The notes under the pieces are model-generated. The model did no database searches. It was not told the origin of the DNA and saw nothing but the letters and a program-made list of their open reading frames with translations. Shown in pieces: positions 48,546 to 60,267 of a stretch of DNA of 64,000 nt. Made by a program: the position numbers and the translations under genes. Position 1 is the stretch's first letter, and every line of letters begins with the position of its first letter. This DNA is from Lama glama (taxonomy: Eukaryota), in contig CM052818.1 of NCBI GenBank assembly GCA_028534125.1, positions 1,986,001 through 2,050,000 of the forward strand. Reading direction: 5' to 3'.

Positions 48546-51264
48546 TGACCACAGCAGAGCACCTGGGAGGGGAGAACTGGTTGGAGAAAGCTTCCTAGGA
48601 GAAGAGGGTGCCTTGGCTCAGTCTTGAAGGAGGCAGGGGAATTAGCCAGGTGCAGACTTGGGGCCATGGGTGGTGCAGGAGGGGCTGCAGGACCGGGACT
48701 TAGGGCCAGGCAGCGGGGCAGGGTGACTCAAGAACTGCCATTAGGAGAGCAGGGTCAGCGGGGCAGGGTGTGAGGGGAGGGGAAGGAGAGAAGCTGCCGA
48801 GCTGAGTGTGGTCACCGGGAGGGCCTCGGAGGACATTCTGGATCGTGCTCCCCCAGGCCGAGACAGCTGGCCCTCCCCAGTGTTTTCTCAGACGGTCCCA
48901 AGTGGGCTTCCAGGGGTGTCCTTGGAGGCTGTCTCCAGGCCAGGCGCTCCCTCAGCAGCCTGCTGGGTTCTGCAAATGGCTGTCCCCGCCGGGGGGCCTG
49001 CGGGCCACACCTCTGCTTCTTGAGCCACTCAAGTGCTTTTCCTGGGAGACAGGAAGTCGGCTTGGGAGCCCCGAGGGTGCTGGGCACTTTGGCAAGAAGG
49101 TGCTAGGCTGCTGGGTGACCCACCTGCCCGATTGAAAAGACACCTTTCAGCTAAACCATGTGTTGCCGCCTCTGTTTGCTGCTGGCTGAGACTTTAGTCT
49201 CATCCCAGAATCCATGGACCACAGTGATGGTGGCCTGTCTGCTCAGCCAGCCAGAGCGAGGGGACCACCGTGCGTGGGGGAGCCAGGGGCAGTGTATTTC
49301 CTGTTCCTGTGCTATCAGGAAGTGTCCATTTAGCAGAGGGTGTTGTCCTCCAGGACTGGAGAGCGACAAAACCAGCCAACACTTGGAGCAGTTTTCACCA
49401 CCCTCAAGGAGAGCCCTCTAATTGTTAAGAATCAGTATCTTTATAAAAATGAATATTTTTCACGGGAGATTCTGTTGCTGTTCCCTCCAAGCTGCTGTCT
49501 GAGAAGAAGCGGGGAAGGAGGAGAGGAGAGGAGAGGGAGGGAGAGGAAAGGAGGGGAGAGGCAGGGCCTTCCTGGGTACCAGACAGCCTTCCTTTTGTAG
49601 GTCCCACCCCAGAGTGTATAAAAGAATTAAAATGCTCCCGCGTCCCACATTTAGTAGAATTATTTTGCTATAAAATACTTGGAAAGAATTTTTATAATTT
49701 TGCTTTTGAAATGATTTGGCTGAAGTTTACTCATTTAGTTTACGATCGTCTCCGACTTCCCAGCCCTCATCACGCACACTCAGGAATCTCTACGAGGCAA
49801 GAGAATCGAAGGTACAAATTGTTTTCAAATGGAAGGAAATTTTCATGATACCAAATTGGACAATTAATGACATTTGAATGTATTCATTAAAAATTTATGA
49901 TTTCCAATTTTGCTTTTTTGGATTTTGGAGCGACTTCATTTTTCCCAGCTTGCAACATTTTGAGGGGTAGAATTTATGGGTCCCAAATATTTGATTTTGT
50001 AGGGTTTGCTTTACTGGGAAGAGTTTACAGTAACAACAGCAGTGCTGGGGGAGGGAGAGGGGAGACTGAGCTCCCAAGCAGAAGCAAGCTGGGTCAGTCT
50101 CTTCTGGAAGGTTCTTCCTCCGGCAGCCCTGCCTGCTAGGCCAGAGCTCCCCCACTGGACCGGGCAACCAGGCAGGGACTCGGCAGGGGTGGGGCGAGGG
50201 GAGCAGCCCCAGCCAGGAGTCTGGGAGAGGTGCCTCGGGAAAGCTGGGTCAGCCTGGGTCAACCTGTCACACCCAATTGTGGACCTGGGGTTACCAGAAC
50301 CTCATCCCAGGCAGGGGGACTTCTAAGGCCACCTGGGACCAGGCCTTGGGGCGCCTGCACTTTGTAACTTGGATTCCTGGTAACTAGCCCTGTGGGGACA
50401 GAGGAGGAGAACAGAAAGCCACTTGATAGACTCCTGCTTTCAGTCACTACAGAGGTTTTATGATCTGAGAGGTGAACGGGGGAGCAGGCCCAGACGATTT
50501 AATCTTGATACTAACATACTGAACAAAAATGCAGACAAACTATTTGGGTTTGGGTTTAAAAAAAATTTTTTTAAAGAAAAAAAAGAAATAAAAGTCAAAG
50601 CTCACTTCAGGTGGTGGCGCTGGGATTTTGCAGCCTTCCAGGTGGCGGTGGAGTGGCCCCTGGCCCCTGGAGGAAGCTTGCAGCTCAGCGGCGGTGACCC
50701 CACCCCACCACACCACAGACAGACGCCCTGGGGGGTGTTCTACCCCGGGGGCCCGGAACTGGGGCCCAGAAGCCCTGCTGCGGGTCTGCGGGGTGCAGGC
50801 TGCTGCCCCCGGCTTCCAGCCAGCCTCCCGCTGCAGGGCGGCGGGCCCCCCTCCCCGGAGGAGTGCGGCTGAGGGAAGTCACATTAGCAAATGAGGTGTT
50901 GTGATTGATGGGCTCTCTTCTGGATGTCAGGATGATGAATGGGCAGAAGGAGTGGGTCTGACCACAGGATGGGGGCCGTGCGGGGACCACACCCAGCAGG
51001 CTCGTCACGCAGGGACTTTGTGCTAACACGTGGTGGAGACACAGGGCACACTGAATGAATGGTCCGTTGATGGAGACTTCGATGGAGTCAGCGCTGTGTG
51101 GGGGCGGCGAGCGGAGGGCTGGCTGTTGTCAGCTGTTTCTGAAGCATTAGATTCTGATGAGGGAGTCCCTCAGATTTCTCTGAAGCACTCTTCCGTTTTA
51201 CCAGGCTCCCTCCATGGCTGCCCTGCCCCGTCACGTCACTGCCTCCCACACTGACCATGTGTCT

Positions 51265-51620
51265 AGCCAAGGTGATGTGAGGTGCCGTGGTAAATTAACC
51301 CCCAAATTTCAGTGGCCTCATCCAAGGGTGGTTTGTGGCTCACTTATGTGGCTGTCCAACGTGGGTGTTCCTGGCCGGCCTGTGACTTTTCTCCAGGTGG
51401 TGATGTGGGGACCCCAGCCTTTCCCATCTTGTGGCTTCATCACCCCCCAAGGGCCTGGAGGCCTCTCCGCATATCCAGTGGACGGACAGCATGTGGAGAA
51501 GGCATACCCCCTTTTGAAACCCCTTAACCGAGAAGTGATCATTTCTACACCATTGGTGAGAATTAGTCACACACAGCCTGTATATACTGCATCTGGACGG
51601 AAGGAGGGCTGGGGACATTC
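51265..51620 (-). mobile_element. MLT1-like MaLR LTR
   Basis: aacccccaaatttcagtggc...ctccaggtggtgatgtggggacccagcctttcccatcttgtggct...cattggtgagaattagtcacac. Confidence 0.65.
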
Positions 51621-54064
51621 CACACTGGACAGCTGACTGCCAGAAAAAAAAGATCTCTGTGCTACAGGGAGGGACAGTGGAGAGTGAGCCATCTCACCAT
51701 CCATTCCTCTGACACCTTCATCCTTGCCATCCTCTTCTTCATCATCCAAATAGCTAACACACACACACACTCATGCACACACACATTATGTTCCAGTCAC
51801 TGCTCTCCATGCTTTGTGTATTTTAAATCACGTAATTCTCACAACAACCCTCTGAGTAGATACTACTCTGTTTCATTGGCTCCAAGATGCACCCCCTCCC
51901 CCCCACTTTGCCCCTCTGAAATCAGAACATAGTCAATGGCATCCTTCGATCACTGTCAGCTAAGCAGCTGTCATGGTGCTTGTGTGTGGAAAACGTTCCT
52001 CTGACACTTTCTCAGAAGATCAAGAGAGTTCCAGCATCTATAGATGTGGAAGCTGATGCCCAGAGAGGTTAGTAACTTGCCCAAGGTCACACAGTCAACG
52101 AGCGATGGAGCTGCGGTTTGCAGCCTGCCATCCCGCTTCTGTCTGCTTCCAAAGGATTGCAAGACTCGTTCTGGGAAAGCAGCCATGTTGGACGACTCTC
52201 CTCTCCCAGCCCTCTCCTTGGGGCCTAGGAGGGTCCCCAGACTTCTTTGGAGGGGGAAGGAAGGGGAAGTATTTCTCCCCATCCAAGACCGGGGCCCCCA
52301 AACTGGCAGAAGCCAGGTCCTGGCTGGGAGGGGTGGGAGTCCGGCTACAAGGACAGTGCTGAAGCCAGGATGCCTGTTACATTCCTGCCTGGCTGATAAT
52401 TTAATCTCTCCAAAAGCAACAAGAGGAACTGGCAGGACATACCAAAATCTGATCAACCAAGAGGCATGCAGCGGTGAAACGAAAGTGATAGAAGCCTGGG
52501 AAGAAAAGGGCTTTCTCATCTTGGCACTTGTGGTGTCGCAGGAAGGGCGTGGTGGGCAGGTCCAGTTATGCAGGGTGGACCTTGAGAAAGTAGATCATTT
52601 CCAAGTCGAGAAAATAAAGTGGCCCTGACAAGATGGCTCAGAAGACCAATGTGGCCCCTTGAAAAGGCTCAAAACAAAAAAGAAACACAAAAACATCACC
52701 AACAACAAAGCAGGAATAAGATGGTGGGGGAAGGGGGATTCAGCCTATTGCCAAGAACAAAAGCCACCCCCACCACACGCACACATGTACTCAGATCAGA
52801 CCACACAAAGGGCACCGGGACCGCGCCAGCCGGAGCGTGTCAAAGCCTGAAAGGGTCTTTGATGAGAGAGACAGCTCCACCCTTGCCTCCTAAAAACGCT
52901 CTGGTCTTCCTTGGAGAGTGAGCACCCCTGGGAACTGTCTGCACATGGGGACCACAACCTGACGCCCAGAGAGGTTTGGAGAGGGGTGAGCTGCGGGGGT
53001 GGGGGGGCGCAGGTGTCTAAGGGGCCTGGTGAGCTGGGCTTCAGCTCCAGGAGAGATTGCTGGGGAAACTCTTTGATGAAAGGAGGAAAGATGCAAATCA
53101 GAGATGGATGAAGACTCTCCTGGTCTTCCAGATGGAGTCTGGCAGCCAGAGAACCAGGAAAATCGGCATCCCATGATAAACAGGAGCAGCTCTGTGTTTA
53201 TAAATGGTTGGTGGAGCTGATCACAGCCACCCCGGGCAGTCCTGTGGGCTCTCGCAGTCCCATCCAGCTCTGCCCCTCGCCCTGCTGCAGGGTGGGTGCT
53301 GCCCTGCCAGCCACACTCATGGCGCATCACCTGGTGGCACCGCACCCTCCACCGCCCACATGGCTGCTCCCCACAGGGTGCTCTGGGGAGGGCTCCCAGC
53401 AGCAGGAGGGCCTCAGGAACCTTCTAGATGCCCTCCCACGGAAGTGCAGGAGGGCGAATGCTCTGGGGTAAGGCTGGAGCTGACGAGCGTTCCCACTTCC
53501 CTCCACAGACAAGCAGCCCTGAAGTGCATATGGCTCCTTCGGCAGCCACGTGGAGCCCAGCGACCGCCGAGTGGTGGAGGCCAGCTCCCTCCCGCCCACT
53601 CCATTCCCTGTCCCTCCCTCCCGCTCCCTGGGCACAGTCCTCAGTAAGATGCCTTCCTTTAGCCTTTGTTTCAGAAGCTACCTTCTGTAGAGTTAGGGAA
53701 AGTTTGGAAAACAGAGAGGTTGTAACACCCATAGTCCCACCTCCCTAACCCAACTTCTGCAATATTTGCATGTACATCATTTTATAGATTTACCCTCATG
53801 GGTACACAATTTTGTGGCTTGCTTTTTTGAGTTCACATTATATCTAAGTTTTCCCTCCTATGTTATCACATATGTTTTTAAAAAGTATTATGGTTTGGAT
53901 GGTGCTTTTCCAAGGAAGGAGGTATCACAATTGACTTTGTCATTTTCATGCATCTGGGCTCCTAGACTGTGGCTGTTAACACTGTGGTGAGGCCATGAGG
54001 TCTAAGAATTTGAAGAACTTCATGGTTCTTAAATACACAGGGATAAAATGAATAAATGTCAGCA

Positions 54065-54230
54065 GGGGAGGGCACAGCTCAGTGGTAGAGCGTGTGCTTA
54101 ACATGCACGAGTTCCTGGGTTCGATCCCCAGTACCTCTTCTAAAATTAAATAAATAAAATAAATTACGTATCCACCGCCCCCCCCCCAAAAACAAACAGA
54201 GAGAAAGAAGGAAAGAAAGAAAGAAAGAAA
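54065..54230 (+). mobile_element. Vic-1-like SINE with (GAAA)n tail
   Basis: ggggagggcacagctcagtggtagagcgtgtgcttaacatgcacgagttcctgggttcgatccccagtacctc; intact A and B boxes, CpGs retained. Confidence 0.92.
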
Positions 54231-54479
54231 ATGTCTTTGACAGCTGATAAGAGAAAGCGAAGGTGCCTAGGAGCCAGAGGCAGTTTGCGAAGAGCGAATA
54301 AAACCTGGCAGGATCCATTCTCCCTTCTGGTGCGAGTGCCAGAGACCAGGGGACTCTGTATACTTCATTGTTTCCACTTGTGACAGTCTCTGGTCCTATT
54401 CTGTGGACAAAATGGTTGCGCACACAGATAGGATCAGAGATGGCTAAGTTATAGCATTCCCCAGCCCTTGTGTCACAAC

Positions 54480-54860
54480 CATGGATGAAACAGCTTGAAG
54501 AGGGGTGAATAATACATTGAGTTAAAAGACTGAAGAGTTGGATAGATCTTGAGGAGTTAGAGGCTGGACCATAACTCAGCAGGATGAAATGTTACATAAG
54601 GCGTTTAGTTCAAAAAATCAACTGCACATGGACAGGATGGGGAAGCCCTGCCTTACTTAATAGCTGTTCATGTGAAACAGACCCAGAGACTACAGTTGAC
54701 CTCCAGCTCAATGTGAATCATCTGTGCTGTGTGGCTGCCAAGGAGACTAATATAATCTTGGGCCACGTTAAGAGAAGTATAATATTAAGACCAGGGGAGG
54801 GGGCGTTCCCACCAGGCCCTGATTAATCAGACCACACTGGGAACATCGAGTCGTGCTCTC
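54480..54860 (+). mobile_element. L3/CR1 LINE fragment (RT C-terminal region)
   Basis: ORF 54584..54826 ETDPETTVDLQLNVNHLCCVAAKETNIILGHVKRSI resembles the CR1 motif EKDLGV.VD..LNMS.QC..AAKKAN.ILG.I.RS, followed by cagaccacactgg (RPHL). Confidence 0.8.
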
Positions 54861-55137
54861 TCTCCGTTGGTTTCTCAGTGGAACATTGACAAATTCCTTC
54901 CTTCATAAAGCGTTTATTGAATGCCTACTACACGCCCGGCACTGGGCCAGAAGCAAAGGATACACAGATACGTGAAACCTGCTCCCTGCACACATGGAGG
55001 TCACCGTCTGGGCATATCAGCGGTGTTCAGATTTCACATAACATTTAATAATTTATAAAGCAATACTTAGAAAGCAAAAATATCTTCTGTTGGCTGTGCT
55101 TGGAATCCTTTAAGTGTTCCCAGGAATCACATGGGTA

Positions 55138-55138
55138 C

Positions 55139-55170
<32 letters not shown>

Positions 55171-55171
55171 A
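55138..55171. repeat. (CA)n microsatellite
   Basis: ccacacacacacacacacacacacaaacacacta. Confidence 0.95.
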
Positions 55172-55369
55172 CTGTCCTGGTCCTCATTGAGGAGGAAATT
55201 TAATACAGACCCCCTCTCCTCCACCTGCCCTTCCAAGCCCATCTCCCATGATTTTGTACCTCGATTTGTACCTCCATCCAGCCCTGTTTGGCCTAAGTAT
55301 CAGGTTGCAGATTTTTCTCACCCTGGCTTTTGGCTGGAGCACCCTTAGAATTCCAGCATGGGTTTGCTC

Positions 55370-56184
55370 TGGTAGGTGTGCTAAACTGACCCCCAGAGCC
55401 AATCCTTTGAGAATACCTTCCTGTATCGTAGAGGCTGGAAAACTAAAAACTGTATTTCCTAGACTCCTCCAAAGCTATGATTCTGGGTGCAAATTAGTTT
55501 TTGCCAACTGGACGCGGGATTGGGAAGGTGGAATTGCAGCAAGGACCATCTGCCCACTTCTTTGGCTCTTGCTTTGGGTGAGCATCATCAGAGCCAGCAA
55601 CGTTCCAGCGTCCGGTGACACCGGTCTGAATGGCCTATACCATGCTCACCACATCACATGAGTGACTGGTCACTGTTTCCCCAACTTGGGGACCCAGGCT
55701 GGCAAAGAAACTATAATGTGGAGAATGTGGGTCACTGTGACAAGGGAAAGAAAGAATACAGAAAATTACACAATAGCACTTAAAGCTTCCATCAGAGGGT
55801 GACGCGTATGTCACTGAATCATATGGTGACTTAACTCCGGGGGGTAGAGAAGGTTGGGGGGAGTAGAACTATTTGGTGAAACCCTGATGGCCACATGCCA
55901 GCCACTGGCTTCCTGAACACTGAGATGCAGTTGCAGGATGGTGGCGGGGACTCCCTGGACCTCACCCCACAGCAGCCTCCACACTCCTTGCCATCCTGGT
56001 TGTGGCAGATGACAAGCTCCCCTGGCCACATCCAGGACGTGTTTCCCAGAAGGTCAGCCCTGATCCTGCTCCCCCAGCCCCTCCAGTGGTTTTGTGATCA
56101 CCTAAGTACCTGTGTGAAACCCCTTTCTGCTTAACATAACGTCAGTGTCTTCTGTTTCCTGCCGCTGAGTTCTGGCTGACACAA
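55370..56184 (+). mobile_element. LTR33-like ERVL LTR, probably interrupted by a MaLR fragment (about 55620-55860)
   Basis: gaggctggaaaactaaaaactgtatttcctagactcc; 3' end ccctttctgcttaa...ttctgtttcctgc...ctggctgacaca. Confidence 0.65.
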
Positions 56185-56590
56185 GCTGCCTGTGTGCCGG
56201 GCCCTGGCCTCCAAGATCCCCATCCTCAGCATGCCTCCCTTCGCCCTGAGCACACTCCTGTGAAGCTAGGGGGGAGGCAGCCTCAGCTCCTCACTTACCG
56301 AGGATAAAAAGTGAGGCTCATGGGATTCGAGTAACTCATCCCAGGTCCTGGAGTCAGATGGTGGCAGAGCTGGCTCGCAAACTCAGTTCTCCCCACAGCT
56401 TTTTATCTGCCCCACCAAACCACATGTCTCAGCTACATTCAGAGAAGCACATCACATCACGTGCAGACAAGCACGTCACAAGGAGAGGACCCGGGAGGTC
56501 CAGACACAAGGTCTCACAAGGAAGACCAAAGACCATTTAGGGGGAGCAGTAGACAAAAGAGTTGACTTAAAACACTTAAAAGGGTACTTA

Positions 56591-57101
56591 TGCAGGCTGC
56601 GTTTTCCAAAAAATAGCCACAGCTGTATTTCCCATCCCACACCCTCTTCCTGAACCTTGTCGCTGCCCCATCAGGAAGTAGAGTCCACGTCCCCTCCCCT
56701 GGAACCTGGGCAGGCCTTTGTGACTGCCTTGGTGAGTGTGATAGGGTGACAGTGATGCTGCATGATTGTTGAAACGGGGCTGTAAAAGTCCATACGGTTT
56801 CTTCCAGGCTCTTTTCAAGTGCTCACCCTTAGGACCTGGCCCTTGTGTTGCAGGGAAGCCCAGCACGTGGCGAGTCCAGGTGTAAGTTCCCCAGCCAACA
56901 GCCTCAGCTAAGGTGTCCGTCAACAGCCCGCACCGCCATCAGACCTGTGAGTGAATGGGCCTGGGGGTGATTCTAGTCTCCAGGCTTTGACCCACCCCAG
57001 CGCATGCCAGGTGAGGCAGAGGTGAGACTTCCCCGTGGCATCTTGCCAAAGTTTCAGATTTGTAAGCAAAACAAGCCACTAAGTTGTGTTGTATAGTGAC
57101 A
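56591..57101 (+). mobile_element. MLT1F/G-like MaLR solo LTR
   Basis: ttttccaaaaatagccacag...tttcccatcccaca...cccctcccctggaacctgggcaggcctttgtgactgc...cagatttgtaagcaaaacaagccactaagtt. Confidence 0.8.
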
Positions 57102-57189
57102 GAGAGCCAGGGCAGGTGCCCAAGAAGTCGATTTATTCTGCACTGCTGTTCATTCATGGGGTTGAGAATTTCTAAGCAGCTACTGCCTG

Positions 57190-58370
57190 GCTTTGTTGAG
57201 TCCCGGAAGTTCAGAGTTGACTCAGACACCATTCTTCACCTCAAGCTGCTTCCAGTTTTGTAGGGGAGATGTACGGACAATGAGGTCGTGGCAACCTGCT
57301 GACCCAAAAGCGAGTTCATCCACCTCTGATTGGGAAAGTTAATAAAAGGCTCACAGAGGAAATAACATCTGGTGATGGTCTCTTAGGATGAACAGGAGTT
57401 TGATGAAAAGGGAGTGAGGAGAGCATTCCAGCAGAGGGAGCAGCAGGTGCGAGAGCCCAGAGGTGTGCCTAGGATGGCATGTCCAGGGCGCAGGGAGGGA
57501 CACTCAGTGGACTGAAATCGGAGTCAGGGAGAACCAGCAGGAGATGATCACCATGACCTTGGCAAGTGACCAAAAAGACAAGTGACCAAAGAGTCTCTGG
57601 AAGGAGAGCCAATGTATTTGGTGACAGTCCGAATGAGAGAAATGAGGGAGAAGGAAGAGAGATTACTGGAACTTTGGGCAAAGAAACCTGTCATTTGCTG
57701 AGACGAGAAATTTTAGAGGAAGAGTGATTTGGGAAAGAGTCGATGAGCTTATTAATGGACTTGTTGATTATAATATGTGTGTGTATTAGAATGATTTCAG
57801 CTACAGGTAACAGAATAGCAAACTGGAAGTGGCTTAGAATAAAGACATGTGTTGTTGTATGTCACAATAAGCCCAGATATCCCAGGGTTATTTCATTGGT
57901 TCAGTCATATAATTAGTGACACAAGATTCAGCTACACTTTTGGTCTGCCAACCTCAGCAGATTGGATTTGTTCCCTTATGGTCACAAAGTGGCTGCTGGA
58001 TGTCTAGGCACTACCTACCTCTAGCTACTAATTCTTGGCCAAAGAAGAGCAGGCTTTCCATGCATAAGCCTATTTTAGTAGAGAGGAAAACTTTCCCAGA
58101 AGCCTCTAGTTCCACTGATCAGGATGATGTCATGTGTCCATGTCCTAGCTGCAAGGGAGGTGGGGAGAACAACCAAGTGGACTTCACAGCCATTTCCTGT
58201 GGGAAGTGGGCTTGGACTTGGACAGAGAAAAGTGAGCTGTGAAGGAAGAAAGGCTGTGGGGAGGTTCCAACCAGGTCTACCTGTGGGACGCTCAGATAGA
58301 GACGTCAAGCAGGCAGTCACATATACAGATCTGACACTCTGGAGAGCACTCCATATTGGAGACTTTAGAT
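57190..58370 (-). mobile_element. L2 fragments with an antisense MLT1-like LTR inserted at about 57780-58200
   Basis: gagcattccagcagagggagcagcaggtgc (L2); ttcagctacaggtaacagaatagcaaactggaagtggctta (MLT1 antisense). Confidence 0.6.
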
Positions 58371-58899
58371 AATGTTGTTGTGTATGTTTTTCTAATATTT
58401 TTTGAATGCTATGCTAGGCACCTTACGTAATTATCCACTAAGCTTTCTAAAGCCCTAGGGGAATTTGAATCCCAGGCAACTGGAGGCTCTTTTAAAGCCA
58501 CATGGTTTGGTTTTGCTCTGGTGCAGAGTGGATGAGAAAGTTCTTTGAGGTGTCTGGCACTTCTGTAGGGTTTCTCCCCATCTTCCCCGAATGGGTGAGT
58601 GTGAACAGCCCCTCCCGTGCCTGTGCCATGTGGGAGAGCAGAGCCTGATTTGGTGAAATTCTGGAGGCAGGAAAAGGGAAGCCTCCAAGTCCAGGTGAGG
58701 TTCTTAGGGGAACAGCTCAGCCCTGGACACATGAGGAGACCTGGAGCCCAGGTGCAAAGAACTGTGCTTTCCCAGGGATTTGGGAATCAGAGAGATAGCT
58801 ATGGTGCTGGGTCAAGGGAGAAAGCAGAGACTGAAGCAGGAAGAGAGGCATGGGAGTGAATTCTTCTCTTGCCAAGGACAAGCTGAGTTGAGGCAGTGG

Positions 58900-59620
58900 G
58901 TTGGACTTCTCATCCCCCTGAGGTCTCTCTCTGCACTGCAGATGCCTATGGTGGGCGATGCCTGCTGGCCAAGCTGTTTCAGGGAAGGGACTGGAGGACA
59001 CGGTGAAGGGGAAGAGCTCTCACTGTGTGCTTTGGAAGCCATGTGAGTGGGTGGTGGCCACAGGATCTTACCTGGAGAAGTAGCCTCTAAGGAAGTAGGA
59101 TTTTAAAATGGAAGAGTTGGAATTATATCATGGGATCGTCGAGGCTCATCTGAGGCTGAGCCTTAAGCTCACACCATCTGAAAGAGCTCAGTCTTTGTAG
59201 GGCCCATTGCAGAGTCCAGGGACCCTGGAAAATGTTCATGATGAGGGCACTGCCCAGGGGGGCTCACGAACAGTGTAGGGACCAGCATTGATGACTGGAC
59301 TCCAGCTAGCATCATGCATGGCTGTGAAGAGACAGTGGTGCCTGCCAACACTCCACCTGCCCATAACTGCCCTCACCTCCTGCAAAGATGCAGGACCACG
59401 GGGCTAATTCTGACCAGTGCATTACTAAACTGTCTCATGACCCGCCCTGTGAATGAGAAATCTTCTGATGAGATGATAGAGCCTCCAGTCAAAGCAGCCT
59501 GAAAAAAGAGTGGGAGATAGTTTCCCTGAATTTGAGTGACAGAAAAATAAGCCTTTGTTACATTAAGATTCAGGGCTGTTTGTTACTGCAGCATAATGTC
59601 ACATATTTTTACCAATACAC
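58900..59620 (+). mobile_element. Very old LTR (MaLR/ERVL-like), 3' end recognisable
   Basis: Ends aaataagcctttgttacattaag...gggctgtttgttactgcagcataa...accaataca. 5' boundary uncertain. Confidence 0.45.
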
Positions 59621-59659
59621 AGTATGTGCTCAATACCCATGCATTTAAATTATAACGAC

Positions 59660-59794
59660 TGACTGGTTATATGACCTTGGGCTAGTCCCTTCCTCTCTGG
59701 ACCTCAGTTTCTTCATCTAAAAAATGAGAGTGATTACATTTGCTTTATAGGATTGTTGTAGGGACTGAATGTGACAGTACTCAGCTCATTGAGG
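59660..59794 (+). mobile_element. MIR fragment immediately adjacent to the young LTR
   Basis: tgaccttgggctagtcccttcctctctggacctcagtttcttcatctaaaaaatgag...ataggattgttgtagggactgaatg. Confidence 0.85.
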
Positions 59795-60267
59795 TGTTGC
59801 AGAAAAACAGGTTACAGCTCAGTTGTGACAGCAACCTGGATCCAGGCGAGAGACCAAGCAGAACTCAAAGAGTTGGAGAACTCAGGTTTATTACGCCAGC
59901 GGGCCCAGAGGAGTTAACACTCCAAGCTCTGGACGCTGTCTGTAGGTTTGCACAGGCTTATATAGGCTGCCAATTTACACTTTGCAAATCATATGCAAAT
60001 GAGGTATAACAAAAGTTGACTAATTAGGAACAAGATTTGTAGAAATGGACCAATCAGGAGGGAGGGAAATGGACCAATCAGGAGTGAAGGAAATAACCAA
60101 TCAGGAGTGGCTCAGGGAACCAATAGAATTTTAGGGGTAAGTAAGCCATTTCAGAGGCAAAAAGTGAGATAGAGCCTCTGGGCCAGGGAACCGGATGGTG
60201 CTGGCAGGAAAGTAGTGGCCCTGCCTGGGGGTCCTGCCATTCCTTTTTTATGGGGCTTCCCACCTCA
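59795..60267 (-). mobile_element. Young ERV solo LTR (473 bp), probably camelid-lineage
   Basis: Minus strand TGAGGTGGG...GCAACA (TG..CA); CTATATAA at 59958-59965; AATAAA at 59887-59892; octamer at 59993-60000; tandem CCAAT repeats at 60041-60125; CpGs retained. Confidence 0.85.

Noticed and set aside
48061..48548. ORFs rich in YLSI/SVCL
   Set aside because: Translation of a (TCTA)n microsatellite.
51971..52628. 194-aa and 182-aa overlapping ORFs
   Set aside because: Begin in or run through a MIR (PREVSNLPKVTQ) and show no recognisable homology.
57563..57592. Short duplication caagtgaccaaa twice (similar case at about 40055-40077)
   Set aside because: Trivial slippage inside old repeats.
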